Source of the DNA: Podarcis tiliguerta | Lineage: Eukaryota | Assembly: GCA_965153285.1 (NCBI GenBank) | Contig: OZ229115.1 | DNA length: 64,000 nt | Direction: 5' to 3' (one strand) | In this document: positions 38,305-51,932 of the stretch, one piece after another | How positions within the stretch are numbered: the stretch's first letter is position 1 | How the letters are laid out: every line of letters begins with the position of its first letter | Made by a program: the position numbers and the translations under genes | Notes under the pieces: generated by a model | What the model was told of the DNA's origin: nothing | The model's database searches: none | The model's input: the letters and a program-made list of their open reading frames with translations, nothing else

Positions 38305-38564
38305 TTGTATTTTTCGCTCTATAAGACACACCAGACCACAATGCGCACCTAGTTTTTGGAGGAGGAAAACAAGTAAAAAAAAAAATCTGAATCTCAGAAG
38401 CCAGAACAGCAAGAGGGATAGTTGCGCAGTGAAAGCAGCAGTCCCTCTTGCTGTTCTGGCTTCTGTGATAGCTGTGCAGCCTGCATTCGCTCCATAAGAC
38501 GCACACACATTTCCCCTTACTTTTTAGGAGGGAAAAAGTGAGTCTTATAGAGCAAAAATTACGA
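38305..38564. mobile_element. TcMar (Tc2-like) MITE
   Basis: Ends GTATTTTTCGCTCTATAAGAC / GTCTTATAGAGCAAAAATTACG, flanked by TA. Confidence 0.8.
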
Positions 38565-38576
38565 TATATAGGAATA

Positions 38577-38818
38577 CAGTCATACCTCGGGTTACGAACG
38601 CTGCAGGTTGCGCATTTTCGGGTTATGGACCACACCGAACCTGGAAGTACCGGAATGGGTTACTTCCGGGTTTCGGTGCTCACGCATGTGCAGAAGCACA
38701 AAATGGTGTCACACGCATGCGCAGAAGCGCCTAATCGTGTCACACGCGTGTGCAGCAGCACTGCAGGTTGCGAACGCGCCTCCTGCACGGATCACGTTCA
38801 CAACCTGAGGTATGACTG
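38577..38818. mobile_element. Tigger-like MITE
   Basis: TA|CAGTCATACCTCGGGTT...AACCTGAGGTATGACTG|TA. Confidence 0.85.
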
Positions 38819-39441
38819 TATAGAAACTACCAAATCAGACCACTGATTGGTCCATCTAGCTCAGCATTTTCTTCAGTTACTGGTAGAAAACACCCAGGCT
38901 TTCAGTTAATTATTTCCTAGCCCTTCATGAAGATGCCAGGGATAGAATCTGGAACCCTTTGCATGCAAAACATGTGTTCTAACCTTTTGCATGAACTGAG
39001 CAGCAGTGCCACCAGTTCCTAATATATATTGACTAAATGTTGGAATGGAAATAATTTTGAATGGTATTTTCACAGTGCCTTTGAAAAATGAGCAGGTTTG
39101 TCTATGCTTGAAAGTGTTTGAAAATGATTAATTCTGGGACTGATAAATGTGTACCGACTCATGTGGAATTGTGGCACTAGCCTCTCTTCTATCCTTGGTG
39201 GTTCGTACAATAATTTTGTTTCTGGCATCAGCTGTTGGGGGTGGAGGAAAGCTAATAGTAACGACCTCGTCCTTTGCATTTATTCATACTAATGAAGTAC
39301 AAGAAGCTTCAATTCTGACAATAGTTTGCTGCAAAGTGATATGACGGAGCAGAGTTTTCAGAAAACTCAGCTGCAAAGCAAAGTTTATGAGGCTGTTCTG
39401 GAATCTGGGCTATTCATTGGCTCTTATTCTTATTTTGACAG

Positions 39442-39477
39442 AATTCAGCTCGAAACTTCCAGGACTTTGACTGTCAG
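39442..39477 (+). CDS. NDRG3: NDRG3 exon 3: NSARNFQDFDCQ
   Basis: 36-nt symmetric exon with AG/GTAAGT boundaries; RNFQDFDCQ is characteristic of NDRG3. Confidence 0.95.
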
Positions 39478-40127
39478 GTAAGTACCTGAAACCAAAACGG
39501 CCATGCATTGTCAGGCTTTCCTTCAAGAACGACAATGGATCTCTGTTGATCAGATAGTTGCCCGAATTAAAAATAAAAAAGGACTTGAGAAACCTAAGAG
39601 TCCATTGGCTCCCATATACCTTTTGCTGTTTTTCTGTACATTTAACAGTGTGTTCGGCAGTATGTGTTTGAACAGGACTTGTCTGCTTCCAGATCTTAAG
39701 GGCCAGATTTTGGAGTTGATCACCATGGACTTTTGAAGCACCATAGAGTTAAATTGTGTGTGTAATTTTTGTAAGATGCAGATCTGTTTTGAAGCTCTAC
39801 ATCTCAGAAATTAATGAAGTAGGAAGGGCTTGTAATCCTCAAATCATAAAGTGGTGTTTTCAGTGTTTAAAAAATTATTATATGAAGTAGCCAGTTTATT
39901 ACATTCTGTGGCTTGGCCTGTTGTCCTATCTTGTCTTAGCCACATGAGCAAGATACAGAAAAACGGAAATGCCAGGCCAACCTCAAAAGGTGGAATTAGG
40001 AACAAAATTGGGTATGACCAAAAATGCAATATAAATTGCTACTAAAATTTGTACGAAAAGTAAAATTTGACTTCAATTCTACAAAAAGTATGAATATAAA
40101 TTAAACATATTAATGACCGTAACAATA

Positions 40128-40365
40128 CAGTGCTACCTTGGTTTAAGAGCAGCTTAGTTTATGAACAACTTGGATTAAGAACGCTGCAAACCCGGAAGTA
40201 GGTGTTTTGATTTGTGAGTTTTTGCCTTGCACACTCCTGTTGAGTGTGTTCCATTTGTAAATCGAGTCCCCCACTGCTATGGGAAAGCACGCCTTGGTTT
40301 AAGAATGCTTTGGTTTAAGAACGGACTTCCGGAACGGATTAAGTTTGTAAACCAAGGTACCACTG
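40128..40365. mobile_element. Tigger-like MITE
   Basis: TA|CAGTGCTACCTTGGTTTA...TAAACCAAGGTACCACTG|TA. Confidence 0.85.
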
Positions 40366-41130
40366 TACAGGACAATGCCTTAACATCCAGCATTAGAATA
40401 GTTCTAAAGACCAAATGCATTTGAATCCCCAAGGAATCTTCTTTAGTGATCAATGAATGTATAACATACAATTTTGTCACCCGAAATTAGTCTTTTGGCT
40501 GATCTGCATAGATAAGGGGAGCTGGCCAGTAACATTCCTGTATGCACATGGTAAACATTGAAATGTATCTGAAAAAGGTGATATCTTTCTACTAGTGTCC
40601 ATTCATGTTTTAGGGCATCCTCCAGATTTCTGGTTATCAATGTCAGCTATTCACCATCATAAAGTTGATTTTTATTTTTTAACACATATGGGTAGCAATT
40701 TATATTTTAAAAATGTTTCTGCCCTGTTTTGGGTCTTAGCCACATCTGCCCTGAAGGTGGGAATGCCACTCTACTTCCGGCTTAAGAGCTTGTCTTCACA
40801 GATGTCTTGCCAAACATGAGCAGAGTGTAATGTGAATTTTAACCAACAATCTTGATGTGGCATCTGTACAAGGCATGGCTAGGAATTGTTAACACCTGAC
40901 ATATGCTTAGAATAACTTTGAATTAAAAGGGAACCAGAATCTCAGCTTCAGGGCGCAAAGATCACACACTGTGTGAAATTGAGCATCCTTTTATGCCCTT
41001 TGGGTTTGACTTGAAGCTCCCTGGACTTACCTCATTTGTTGGACCAGTTTGGTGTTCAATGTTGTGCAAAGGTGAATTTAAGGCCAGAAACCTCAGTTTG
41101 AAAAGGATTTAAGAGAATCTCTCAAGCATT

Positions 41131-41163
<33 letters not shown>

Positions 41164-42391
41164 AACACAAAACTGCCCAGCCATCCCAGCATAACTCAAC
41201 ACAAGCAGGCACAGAAATAGAGAAAGTGCACATTTGAGAGCTTATGAAAATTACCCAGGGCAATTGCACTATAATTAATGTAAAACAAAACTGGTGAGTG
41301 TGACACGAATTGAGCATAAACCAGGTGATGCTTGCCACTTCTTTTTCTTAATCTTTTAGAGTGGATGAACAGTGAACTTGTGTCCATAGCAACCACTGAA
41401 CAGGATGTTCCTTACTGCCACTTTATTAATTTTAGCTGCTCCTAAAATTGAGCTATGTACAGCCTTTGTGTGTTGATAAAGCTTCTTTGCCTTGTATGAT
41501 ACGAATGACAACTTCTGAGGACTGCTTGCTTTAGTCTTTTATTTACACAAGTTAAACACTGTGCATGAATTACAACATATTTAAGAAGGGTTGCGTGGGC
41601 AAGATTGAATCTTAAAATTTCCCATAGCCTTCAGCTGCTTCAGGCTAAGGTGCTCTTGATAAGCCAAAGAACTACACAGTAAGATATAATGTACCTCACT
41701 GGAAAAACAAATGCACATATCCTTTATTAGGTTCAAGTGGCATTCCACTATTTTAACCTAGGTGATGTCCCTTTGAGTCAAAGACAGTGCAAATGGTCTC
41801 TCATACCAGGGTTAATTAGAGTGGCACCATTTTTAGAACTCATGTGGGCACACCAGAAGCTTAGGCATAGATGCAGAGGGTCTCTGCAATTAGATTATGG
41901 AAAAGGAAGGGGACATGCTCACATTTAGCTTCAAAGGAAATTTGAGGGGGAAAGGAAGTGGGCAGCTGAGCAAGCAAGGACTTTAAACTGCATCTTAACT
42001 CCTTCAGCTGTCAAATACTGAATCTGCATGGCTAACACTCTTTCTCATAGATAATAGTCACATCAAGAATTTTGGAAAGAATTTAGTTCTGTAGCATCAG
42101 CACCTCAGGCAGCAGCATCTGTCAAAACTTTAATGGATATTGCTTCCTTATATTTGACCGACTCCACAAGACAGCTGTTAATGTGCATCCGTTGAACATG
42201 TGTGCTTTGAAGCCTCTACTAGGTTAAGACCTGCAGGAAGTGCCTTGGAGCTTCCTTTATGTAGTGGGTTAACCTTGAAAATAGGTCACAGTCCCAGGGA
42301 ACATTCTGAAGGCACATGAGGCAGCAATTGTGTGAAAAACTAAGCAGTCCTGGGTCTAGTTGTTGGCTGGTTATGAGACAACATGGCATGT

Positions 42392-44996
42392 TGAGAAGAA
42401 TAATAGTGACCTCATTGTGGGAGTTTGAATAATATGAGAAGAATAATAGTGACCTCATTGTGGGAGTTTACTATAGATCCCCAAGCCAAATGGAGGACAT
42501 AGATGATGCCTTCCTGGAACAGATGGCCAAGCATGCAAAAGGAAGGGAGATAGTAGTAATGGGGGACTTCAATTACCCAGACATTTGTTGGATGTCAAAC
42601 TCAGCCAAGAGCATAAGGTCAAACAGATTCCTCACTGGCCTTGCAGACAACTTCATTGTCCAGAAAGTGGGAGAAGCAACAAGAGGAACAGCCATTTTAG
42701 ATCTGGTCCTAACCAATGTCGATGACCTGGTTAATGGGGTAGAAGTGGAAGGATCATTAGGCGCAAGTGATCATGCTCTTCTGAAGTTTACTATACAACG
42801 GAAAGGAGCAGCCAAGCATACTAGGACTCAATTTCTTGACTTTAAGAAAGCCGACTTCATAAAACTTAGGGAAGTGCTGGGTGAGATCCCATGGACAGTA
42901 ATACTAAAAGGAAAGGGAGTTCATGATGGCTGGGAGTTTGTTAAGAGGGAGATAGTAAAAGCACAACTTCAGGCAATACCAATGAGACGGAAACATGGAA
43001 GGTGCCTAAAGAAGCCAGGGTGGCTATCTAAAGAACTTTTAACTGAGTTAAGATTAAAAAAGGATGTGTACAAAAAATGGAAAAGGGGGGAAACCACCAA
43101 AGAGGAATTCAAACAAATAGCCAGCACGTGTAGACACAAAGTCAGAAAAGCTAAAGCACAGAATGAACTCAGGCTTGCTAGGGAGGTTAAAAGCAACAAA
43201 AAAGGCTTCTATGGGTATGTTCGTAGCAAAAGGAAGAACAAAGAAACAGTGGGGTCACTCAGAGGAGAAGATGGTGAAATGCAAACAGGGGACACAGAAA
43301 GGGCTGAACTCCTCAATGCCTTCTTTGCCTCAGTCTTCTCCGATAAAGAAAACAATGCCCGACCTGAAGAATTTGGAGGAAATGATTCAGCAGAGGAAAC
43401 ACAGCCCAGAATAACTAAGGAGATAGTACAAGAATACTTGGCTAGTTTAGATGTATTCAAGTCTCCAGGGCCAGATGAACTGCATCCAAGAGTATTAAAA
43501 GAACTGGCAGATGTGATCTCAGAACCACTGGCAGTCATCTTTGAGAATTCCTGGAGAACAGGCGAAGTCCCGGCAGACTGGAGGAGGGCAAATGTTGTCC
43601 CTATTTTCAAAAAGGGGAAAAGAGAGGACCCAAATAATTACCGCCCAGTCAGTCTAACATCAATACCAGGGAAGATTCTGGAGCAGATCATTAAGCAAAC
43701 AATCTGTGAGCACCTAGAAAGGAATGCTGTGATCACCAATAGTCAGCATGGATTTCTGAAAAATAAGTCATGTCAGACTAACCTGATCTCATTTTTTGAC
43801 AGAATTACAAGCCTGGTAGATGAAGGGAACGCAGTGGATGTAGTCTACCTTGATTTCAGCAAGGCATTTGACAAGGTGCCCCATGATATTCTTGTAAAGA
43901 AGCTGGTAAAATGTGGTCTTGACTATGCTACCACTCAGTGGATTTGTAACTGGCTGACTGACCGGACCCAAAGGGTGCTCATCAATGGTTCCTCTTCATC
44001 CTGGAGAAGAGTGACTAGTGGGGTGCCACAGGGTTCTGTCTTGGGCCCGGTCTTATTCAACATCTTTATCAACGACTTGGATGATGGACTCAAGGGCATC
44101 CTGATCAAATTTGCAGATGACACCAAACTGGGAGGGGTGGCTAACACCCCAGAAGACAGGATCACACTTCAAAACGACCTTGACAGATTAGAGAACTGGG
44201 CCAAAACAAACAAGATGAATTTTAACAGGGAGAAATGTAAAGTATTGCACTTGGGCAAAAAAAATGAGAGGCACAAATACAAGATGGGTGACACCTGGCT
44301 TGAGAGCAGTACATGTGAAAAGGATCTAGGAGTCTTGGTTGACCACAAACTTGACATGAGCCAACAGTGCGACGCGGCAGCTAAAAAAGCCAATGCAATT
44401 CTGGGCTGCATCAATAGGAGTATAGCATCTAGATCAAGGGAAGTTATAGTGCCACTGTATTCTGCTCTGGTCAGACCTCACCTGGAGTACTGTGTCCAGT
44501 TCTGGGCACCACAGTTCAAGAAGGACACTGACAAACTAGAACGTGTACAGAGGAGGGCAACCAAAATGGTCAAAGGCCTGGAAACAATGCCTTATGAGGA
44601 TCGGCTAAGGGAGCTGGGCATGTTTAGCCTGGAGAAGAGGAGGTTAAGGGGTGATATGATAGCCATGTTCAAATATATAAAAGGATGTCACCTAGAGGAG
44701 GGAGAAAGGTTGTTTTCTGCTGCTCCAGAGAAGCGGACACGGAGCAATGGATACAAACTACAAGAAAGAAGATTCCACCTAAACATTAGGAAGAACTTCC
44801 TGACAGTAAGAGCTGTTCGACAGTGGAATTTGCTGCCAAGGAGTGTGGTGGAGTCTCCTTCTTTGGAGGTCTTTAAGCAGAGGCTTGACAACCATATGTC
44901 AGGAGTGCTCTGATGGTGTTTCCTGCTTGGCAGGGGGTTGGACTCGATGACCCTTGTGGTCTCTTCCAACTCTATGATTCTATGATTCTATGATTC
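42392..44996 (+). mobile_element. Young 5'-truncated CR1 LINE in NDRG3 intron 3; ORF2 segment 42460-44913 is uninterrupted (817 aa)
   Basis: Partial APE endonuclease ([23 protein letters not shown]); RT ([35 protein letters not shown]); CR1 3'UTR and (ATTCTATG)n tail. Confidence 0.97.
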
Positions 44997-46246
44997 AACC
45001 TTGAATCTGAGTTCTATGTTTGTGGTAGAATGACAGACAGACAGACAGACAGACAGATAGAAAGAAACTATCAGAAACTGGGGTTGCCACTGTGATGTCC
45101 CCCACATGTTGCTAGGCTCTGACTCCTATTATTGGCTTTGCTGGCTGAGGCTGATGGGTGTTGAATTCCAACAACATGTGGCAGGCACTGCATAGATTAC
45201 AGTCAGACAAAACCATTGAGATTTTGTTGATCTATTCACCAAGAGGTTATTGGACTCAACCTGGAAAAAATACTTCAGGTTGCTACAAACACTTGACTGA
45301 AGGGGTCATTTTCATTGCCACTCTAACAGAAACCACACTCCCCCCCCCAAAAAAAAATACTGTTTGTCTTTGTTCCTGAAATAATGTGTTCTTAATTAAT
45401 AATGTTCTTTATATCTAAAGTCCTTTGTTACTGGTGTAATAGCTGCTCACTTGTTTTCCTTGGGCAACTCTTAAATAATTTGCATCTTAGACTTCACTTA
45501 CAGATTATAGTTCAAGTAACCATAATCTGGGGGCAAGTGGCAATTGCTTGTGGGTGAGTAGATAAGTGCGAAAGCCGCTTTGTGGATGCAGTCAAGGTTC
45601 TCCAGATAGGAAAGAGCACCAAAAAGAGTTTTGGCTGACTATTTCACTTTCTCTTGATTCTCTGAGGGTAGAATAGGGAGGAAGCAGACCCACAATAGCA
45701 GCTCATATCATGTGAAGGGCCCAGTTGAGACCTGTTTCTCCTGGCCCTCCTAGTCTCGTGAGAAATAATGATGTGTATACCCTGGTTCTTACTCCTTTAC
45801 TAGAAACAGCACTGAATAATTGCTGGGATGTGTTCTGTCCTGATTGGACAGAAGAAAATAGCCTCTGTTTTGTGTTTCCCCCTAGAGCTGCTCTTTATGA
45901 ATGAAGTCAAGACCCTATGGACTAATATTTGTACCATATGGAGTAGCTTTGCTATTAAATATAAAATTTGATATCTCCAGGTTCGTGCAACCTAATTCCC
46001 ATTCTTATATCAAACAAGATATCATGTTGTGACTGGAACCTGCAACAAAATGTCCCAGTGTATCCTACTTCCTAAAAGGAGTTATTCTGTTCAGATTTCT
46101 ACCCAACCATTCCCTCCAATCTGGGTATTCTCTTTGCTTCCACCTAGCAGTTCCATTTTTTGTTTCCAGTGTCATTCTACAACCCATGGCAACTAAGCAT
46201 GCTCAGTCCTCATTGGGGTTCTGCCCCCTTTTGAATACATTTCATG

Positions 46247-46421
46247 TAGGGTTGCCATATTTCAAAAAGTGAAAATCCAGACACAAATGTTGTGTCTTCC
46301 TATATGGGCTATATGGTTTTCCTGGACATTTTAACTGATTTGCGAAAATTCCACCCGGATGCCATTTTTAACCGATGAATCCCGGCTATGTCTGGGAAAT
46401 TCTGGACATATAGCAGCCCTA
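46247..46421. mobile_element. hAT/Tip100-like MITE
   Basis: Ends TAGGGTTGCCATAT / ATATAGCAGCCCTA with internal CCGGA-like subterminal repeats. Confidence 0.6.
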
Positions 46422-47478
46422 TTTTAGACTTCTCAAAAAATGTGAGGATACCTTGCTCATCTTTCCCAGCAGCTCCAATCTGCCTGCAGTCACTTTGCTA
46501 CTTACCACCTGAGCTTGCCATTGGAAAGAGCGGGGTTTAAAACTCTTTTTCTTTTTGCGGTTAAGACTTGTTCTCAATTAGCCAAACCCGGCTCAGACCA
46601 TATAAACTTTTAAATATATTTCTATCCCTTTGTACAATTGAAATATGAGAATGTAGGAGCTTGTCCTACTTCTTGAGCAGATGATAGATTAAATGATCTG
46701 CAAGGGTTGTCTGTGGGTGAGCAGATGGTGTCTGTGACCTCCGCTGCTAGTAAAGTCATGGGTGCATCTGCATTATTTTGCCTGTCTTTATGAGTTCTGT
46801 GTTACATTTAGTCTGCCTCTGTTTCTGTTTTGCAGTTGCTGCCAGTCATATGTTTAATCTGACCCAATCGCTAACACTTGGAACAAACCTTATTATGAGG
46901 GACCTAGGAAGCCCTGAGCAATGAATAAGTGAATAAGGATGAGCAATAAATGTTTATATTCTGACACTGTCCACAGAACAAGGTTGGGACAAGCAAGGTT
47001 CCAAGAGGTGTGGAGGAATTTCAGCCAAGGAGTTCCTTCCATGGCTACTGTCTAAAAACATGAAGATTACTCCTGAAAATGTGAAATGCTTTGTGCTTGT
47101 CATGAGCCCCATGATCACGACTGGTTCAGGGCAGTTACTGAAAGAAGAGTCAGAGGAGGAGGAAATTGCAGAAAATGACTGGCACACCAGTCCACTCCTG
47201 TTTCCTTTGGAGAGGGGGGAAGGGGAGGCAGTCCTACTGGCTGCCTCTCAGTCCCTGTTCATGGGGTGGAGGGGTTCCTTATCAACAGGGTGGGTGTCAG
47301 TCAGACAGTGGGGGAGGTTGGACAGCTGGAAGAGGCTCTAAGCCTGTGTCTCCGAGTGCATCAGTCTTGTTGAGTGACTGTCTCATGAGTGAGCACACTA
47401 AACTGCTCCTCTAAAAGCTGTTCGTAATAATCCTCTGAGCTCTCGAGGCATCACGGCGGAAACTGTAGAGATTGGTTC

Positions 47479-47721
47479 AAGAAGAAGAAGAAGAGTTTGG
47501 ATTTGATATCCCGCCTTTCACTCCCTTTAAGGAGTCTCAAAGCGGCTAACATTCTCCTTTCCCTTTCTCCCCCACAACAAACACTCTGTGAGGTGAGCGG
47601 GGCTGAGAGACTTCAGAGAAGTGTGACTGGCCCAAGGTCACCCAGCAGCTGCATGTGGAGGAGCGGGGAATCGAACCCGGTTCCCCAGATTACGTGACTA
47701 CCGCTCTTAACCACTACACCA
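47479..47721 (-). mobile_element. Squam3-type SINE
   Basis: Reverse complement of the 3615-3889 family, with a (GAA)n tail on the plus strand. Confidence 0.88.
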
Positions 47722-48959
47722 TACTTCACTTCTTATGTGGTGCAAATAATGCTACTGGTAGTCCTTTTAATTTGGAACATTCTTTTTCTAACCCCTTAGG
47801 GTAGCTAACTTGTTTTTGGTCCAAGGGCTGTATTGTTACATGGTCAGCCCTATGGGGGCTGCAAGTCAAGATAGTGTGGTCAAGGTGTAAAAGGATGTGC
47901 AGTGAGAAGTGCAGTTCCCAAGGCTGCCTTCACAAAGGCTCTCCCTTTAAAAGAAAAATAAATATTCAGAATTAAATTGAGTTTAAAAAAAAAGCTTTTA
48001 AAACCTTTTGTCTAGGTCCCTGGAGGCACAAAAAACATAATCATAAGATCCTAGGCGAGGAATCCGGGTGACGACACTGGTGTCATTCAGATAACAGCTC
48101 TCAGTCTCATTGCTCTCTCGATAAATTTGGCAACCTTCTCTGTTGGGAGGCGCAAAACATTTGAGTAAAAAAAAAAAAAAAAAGCAGATCAATTATTTTT
48201 TAAAGTTAAATTCTAAATTGACAAATTTGGTGGGCCCGGCCTTCCCAAAATGTTTTGGCATAATAACATCACAGTAGGAGATCCAACTCAACTCAGTTGA
48301 AAGATTTAAATAAAATTAAACATTATGGGTGCAGCTTGTGGAAGCCACAAAAAACTTTGGGGACTGGATACAGCCCATAGAGCATTGTTTAGCCACCCCT
48401 AGTTTCAGGAGATTGTAGTTATGCATGGGAATTGAGGGGGAAAGGATGAAGATAGTTATAACCACACTAAAATATCCCTGTCCAATGCTCCTGCCTTGCC
48501 AGGTATTGATTTTGCATGAGGAATTCGTGACCCCAGCAGGCAAAAAGAGAATCTGTGAAAACCCCAGCAGTGTAATATATATATAACCTATCTATATTAA
48601 TTGATTACATTATGAAACATCACCAACAATGTTTCAGAGTAGTTGCCATGGGTGTTTGATGATAACAGTGACAGCCATTATTTCAGAGGCACAGATGAAG
48701 CTGCAGGGGAACGGGGCGGGTGGGGGCCGCTTACTCCAAATTGCTTTGGAGTTCATGCATTTATTGTTTCACGAGATCTACTGGCTGCTATTTTCAGAAA
48801 TTGAAGGACACCTTGTCCATGCCTTTGCTTCCTTTCCTTCTGTTAACATCTGTAGTAGTTTGCTTGTAACAGCAGGAAACCATAGGAGAGACATATTCTA
48901 TGTCTCTCATCTGTCAAGGTGAATGAACATCAAGATGTTTTCCCTTTCCCCAACCAGGT

Positions 48960-50420
48960 GCCCTTTATTTATTTAAAGTATTTATAAGCCACACTGTCAT
49001 ATAATATATCACAAAGCAGGATATGGAATAAAAACACAGTAGTGAGAGCTATTTGGCAAAGAATTTCAGATTTGAAAAGGTCTGTCTGAATAATACGGTT
49101 TTCAGAAGGTATCTAAAAACAGGGATGACTCCTGCCAAACCCCTATAGACAAGGAGCTCCACAGAGCAGGGCCAGCCACACTAAAGCCTTGGACTCCAGT
49201 AATTGCAATCTTCTCTTGTATTGGAATGTGGAGCTCCAAAACGCAACAGCTGGGTTACTGGTTGGGGTTCAGTTTAGGTCCCATATATCCCCTGTGCTCA
49301 AACAGCCACACTGGTTGCCAGTTTGTTTCTGGGCTCAATTCAAGGTGCTTGCTCACATTAATGTTCAAAGCCCTAAATGACTCAGGCCCCAAATACCTGA
49401 AAGACCATTTTCTTCCCTACAGACCCTCTCAGATGATTGGTATGTTCTTCCACCTTCAAAAGCTTTGAGTGGTGGTGACCCTGGAAAGGGCATTCTTTGT
49501 GGCAGCCCTTAAGCAGTGGAACTTGCACCCTGCAAAGGTGCATCTGGCAACTTTATTATACAGATTCCGACGCATGCTGGAGATGCACCTCTTTTCCCTG
49601 GATTTTGATGCTTGTGCTGTATATCTTTAGGACCCACTGTATTTGTAAGTTACTCTAAGCTGTTTTTAATATTGCATTGTTATGTTGTGTTTTAATGTTG
49701 TAACCCACCTTAAGACCTTAGGGTGAAGGATGGGTAACTAATATAGTAGTAGTAGTAGTGAGGCCAACCAAACCTCAGGGGCACATGGGGCCACCAGAAG
49801 GGCCCCACCAGAAGACCTCGGTGATCAAGGCAGAGCATGAGGAATCAGGAGATCCTCAAGGTCCCTCGGGCCCAAGTTATTTAGGGTTTTCTGAATTAGC
49901 ACAAACCCTTGAACCTGGTCCAGTAGCAGACTGGTAACCAGTGCAACTCTTTCAGACAGTGGAGTAACAAGTTGCCATCAGCCTGCTCTTGTGAACAGTT
50001 TGGCTGCTGCATTCTGCACTACCTGAACATATTTTATAGCTAAAACAATGCAAAATAGACACCAGTGGCAAAAGCCTATCAGAACAAAAATGTATTCAAT
50101 TGTTTCCAGAAAGTGTAGATAGTGAGTACCTATTATATCAAAAGGAATGCTATTCCACAGAATGAGGGAGCCACTCTGAAAGCCTTGCTCAGTGTTACTG
50201 CAGATAAACGTCCAGGAGAAACTTTCCTACAGACCACGGGGATCTACTGGTATACAAGGGAGAAGGCAGTCTCTCAAGTAACCTGTTCCTGAGATTTGCT
50301 AGTACCAACACCAGCCTGGTAGCACGTTGCCAGCCAGTGAAACTCCCGTAAGTGAGGTGCTGTATGCTGACGGTAGTTTGCCCTACAAGCAGCCTAGCTG
50401 CTGTAGTCTCACACTGATCT
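48960..50420. mobile_element. Cluster of degraded L2 3'-end fragments in both orientations
   Basis: HISPVLKQPHWLPV..FKVL (49270-49350, +) plus reverse-oriented L2 3' segments at ~49000-49190, 49760-50020 and 50090-50420. Confidence 0.65.
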
Positions 50421-51329
50421 TATTGCAGTAATCCCAACCATTGAATTCAGGGAAGGTGCTTACTTCTGAATAGACGTCCATACGGTTGTGCTGTAAATAA
50501 ACATATTTCTAGGGCTTATCCTTTCTGGTCTTCAAGTAGCCGCATTTCCAGATTAAGCAGATTCCTCACTTTGATGAAGGAATAGATTCTTCCCTCCTAA
50601 ATTGCCCTGGTTCCAGTTTATTTTTCTAAAAACAGCGTTTTGTTCGGACTAATTTGCTTATTGCTCATAATTTTGAAATCTATATTTTGCTGAACAAGGG
50701 ATGCAGGGGTTGGAAAAATTAATCAACACAATCTTGGTGTAGGAACGCCTTCTGGTCCAATCTTTATAGGACTAGTCCCCCAAAGCTGTTTCACCTAAGA
50801 AGTGGTTTACTGATTTCATAGTGGTTTCAAGCTTGTACAGTATTGTGTGTTCTGGGGAAGTCTTGGCTTCACCTCATTCTTTCAGCGTTCTGCTGTGGTA
50901 ATTTAAAAACGGATGTATAAGGCAGCATGGGGCCCAAGCAAAGTTTTAACAGGGATGTGATGTGTGCAGACACAATTGCTGACTGGACTGTGCCCTTGGG
51001 TGCATGCTGTGTTTGAGGACTTCACATCATTAGATTGCATATTTTATCTCTCGACAATGCTTGGATTTCACAAAGCATCACTCTTAATTTACACCTTGAT
51101 CTATTTATACAAAATACCATAGAAACCAGTGCCTGCTTGCATAGACTGTGCTGTTTTTCTATTAATATTTCAGCTCTGTGTGGGTATGAATAATTTAGTT
51201 CAGTGTGCTAGTTTTAAAATCTGAGCAACTAGCTTCCCACAGTTCTTCTGAACAAACATAACTTTGTGGCCACAAAGCAGTAAATACGTAGGCTATCATA
51301 GTCATGTGAATATTTTAGTTTCCTTGTTA

Positions 51330-51540
51330 CATCCATGTTCTGCGTTCCTCCAAGGAACACAAGATGGAATGCATCATTCTACCCCTCCCTATTTTATCCT
51401 CACAACAATCCCATGAGCTAGTTTAAGCTGAGACAAGTTGACTGCCCCAAGGTCACCCCTTGAGCTTCATGGCTGCCTGCATGGGGATTCAAACGCTGTT
51501 GTCTCAGGTCCTAGTCGGATGCTGTATCCACTACTTCAAC
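51330..51540 (-). mobile_element. Older CORE/MIR-like SINE
   Basis: ATCCTCACAACAATCCCATGAG..CCCAAGGTCACCC..GGGGATTCAAAC is the CORE-SINE pattern in reverse. Confidence 0.6.
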
Positions 51541-51585
51541 ACACTGAATCTGAGGACAGATTTTTAAGAAAGAAAAGCAGTTGGG

Positions 51586-51932
51586 ATAATAATAATAATA
51601 ACAATAACAATAATAACAATAATTTATTATTTATACCCCGCCCATCTGGCTGAGTTTCCCCAGCCACTCTGGGCGGCTCCCAATCAGGTGTTAAAAACAC
51701 TACAGCGTTAAATATTAAAAACTTCCCTGAACGGGGCTGCCTTCAGATGTCTTTTAAAGATAGGATAGCTGCTTATTTCCTTCACATCTGAAGGGAGGGT
51801 GTTCCACAAGGTGGGCGCCACTACCGAGAAGGCCCTCTGTCTGGTTCCCTGTAGCCTCACTTCTCGCAATGAAGGAACCGCCAGAAGGCCCTCCGAGCTG
51901 GATCTCAGTGTCTGGGCTGAACGATGGGGATG
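51586..51932 (-). mobile_element. Young L2 3' end with (TTA)n tail
   Basis: Minus frame LRSSSEGLLAVP..TRQRAFSVVAPTLWNTLP..FKRHLKA (L2 ORF2 C-terminus). Confidence 0.85.

Noticed and set aside
42969-44969. Antisense and alternate-frame ORFs within CR1, and ORFs within SINEs such as 3599-4081 and 47497-47697
   Set aside because: Shadows of the transposon sequences.
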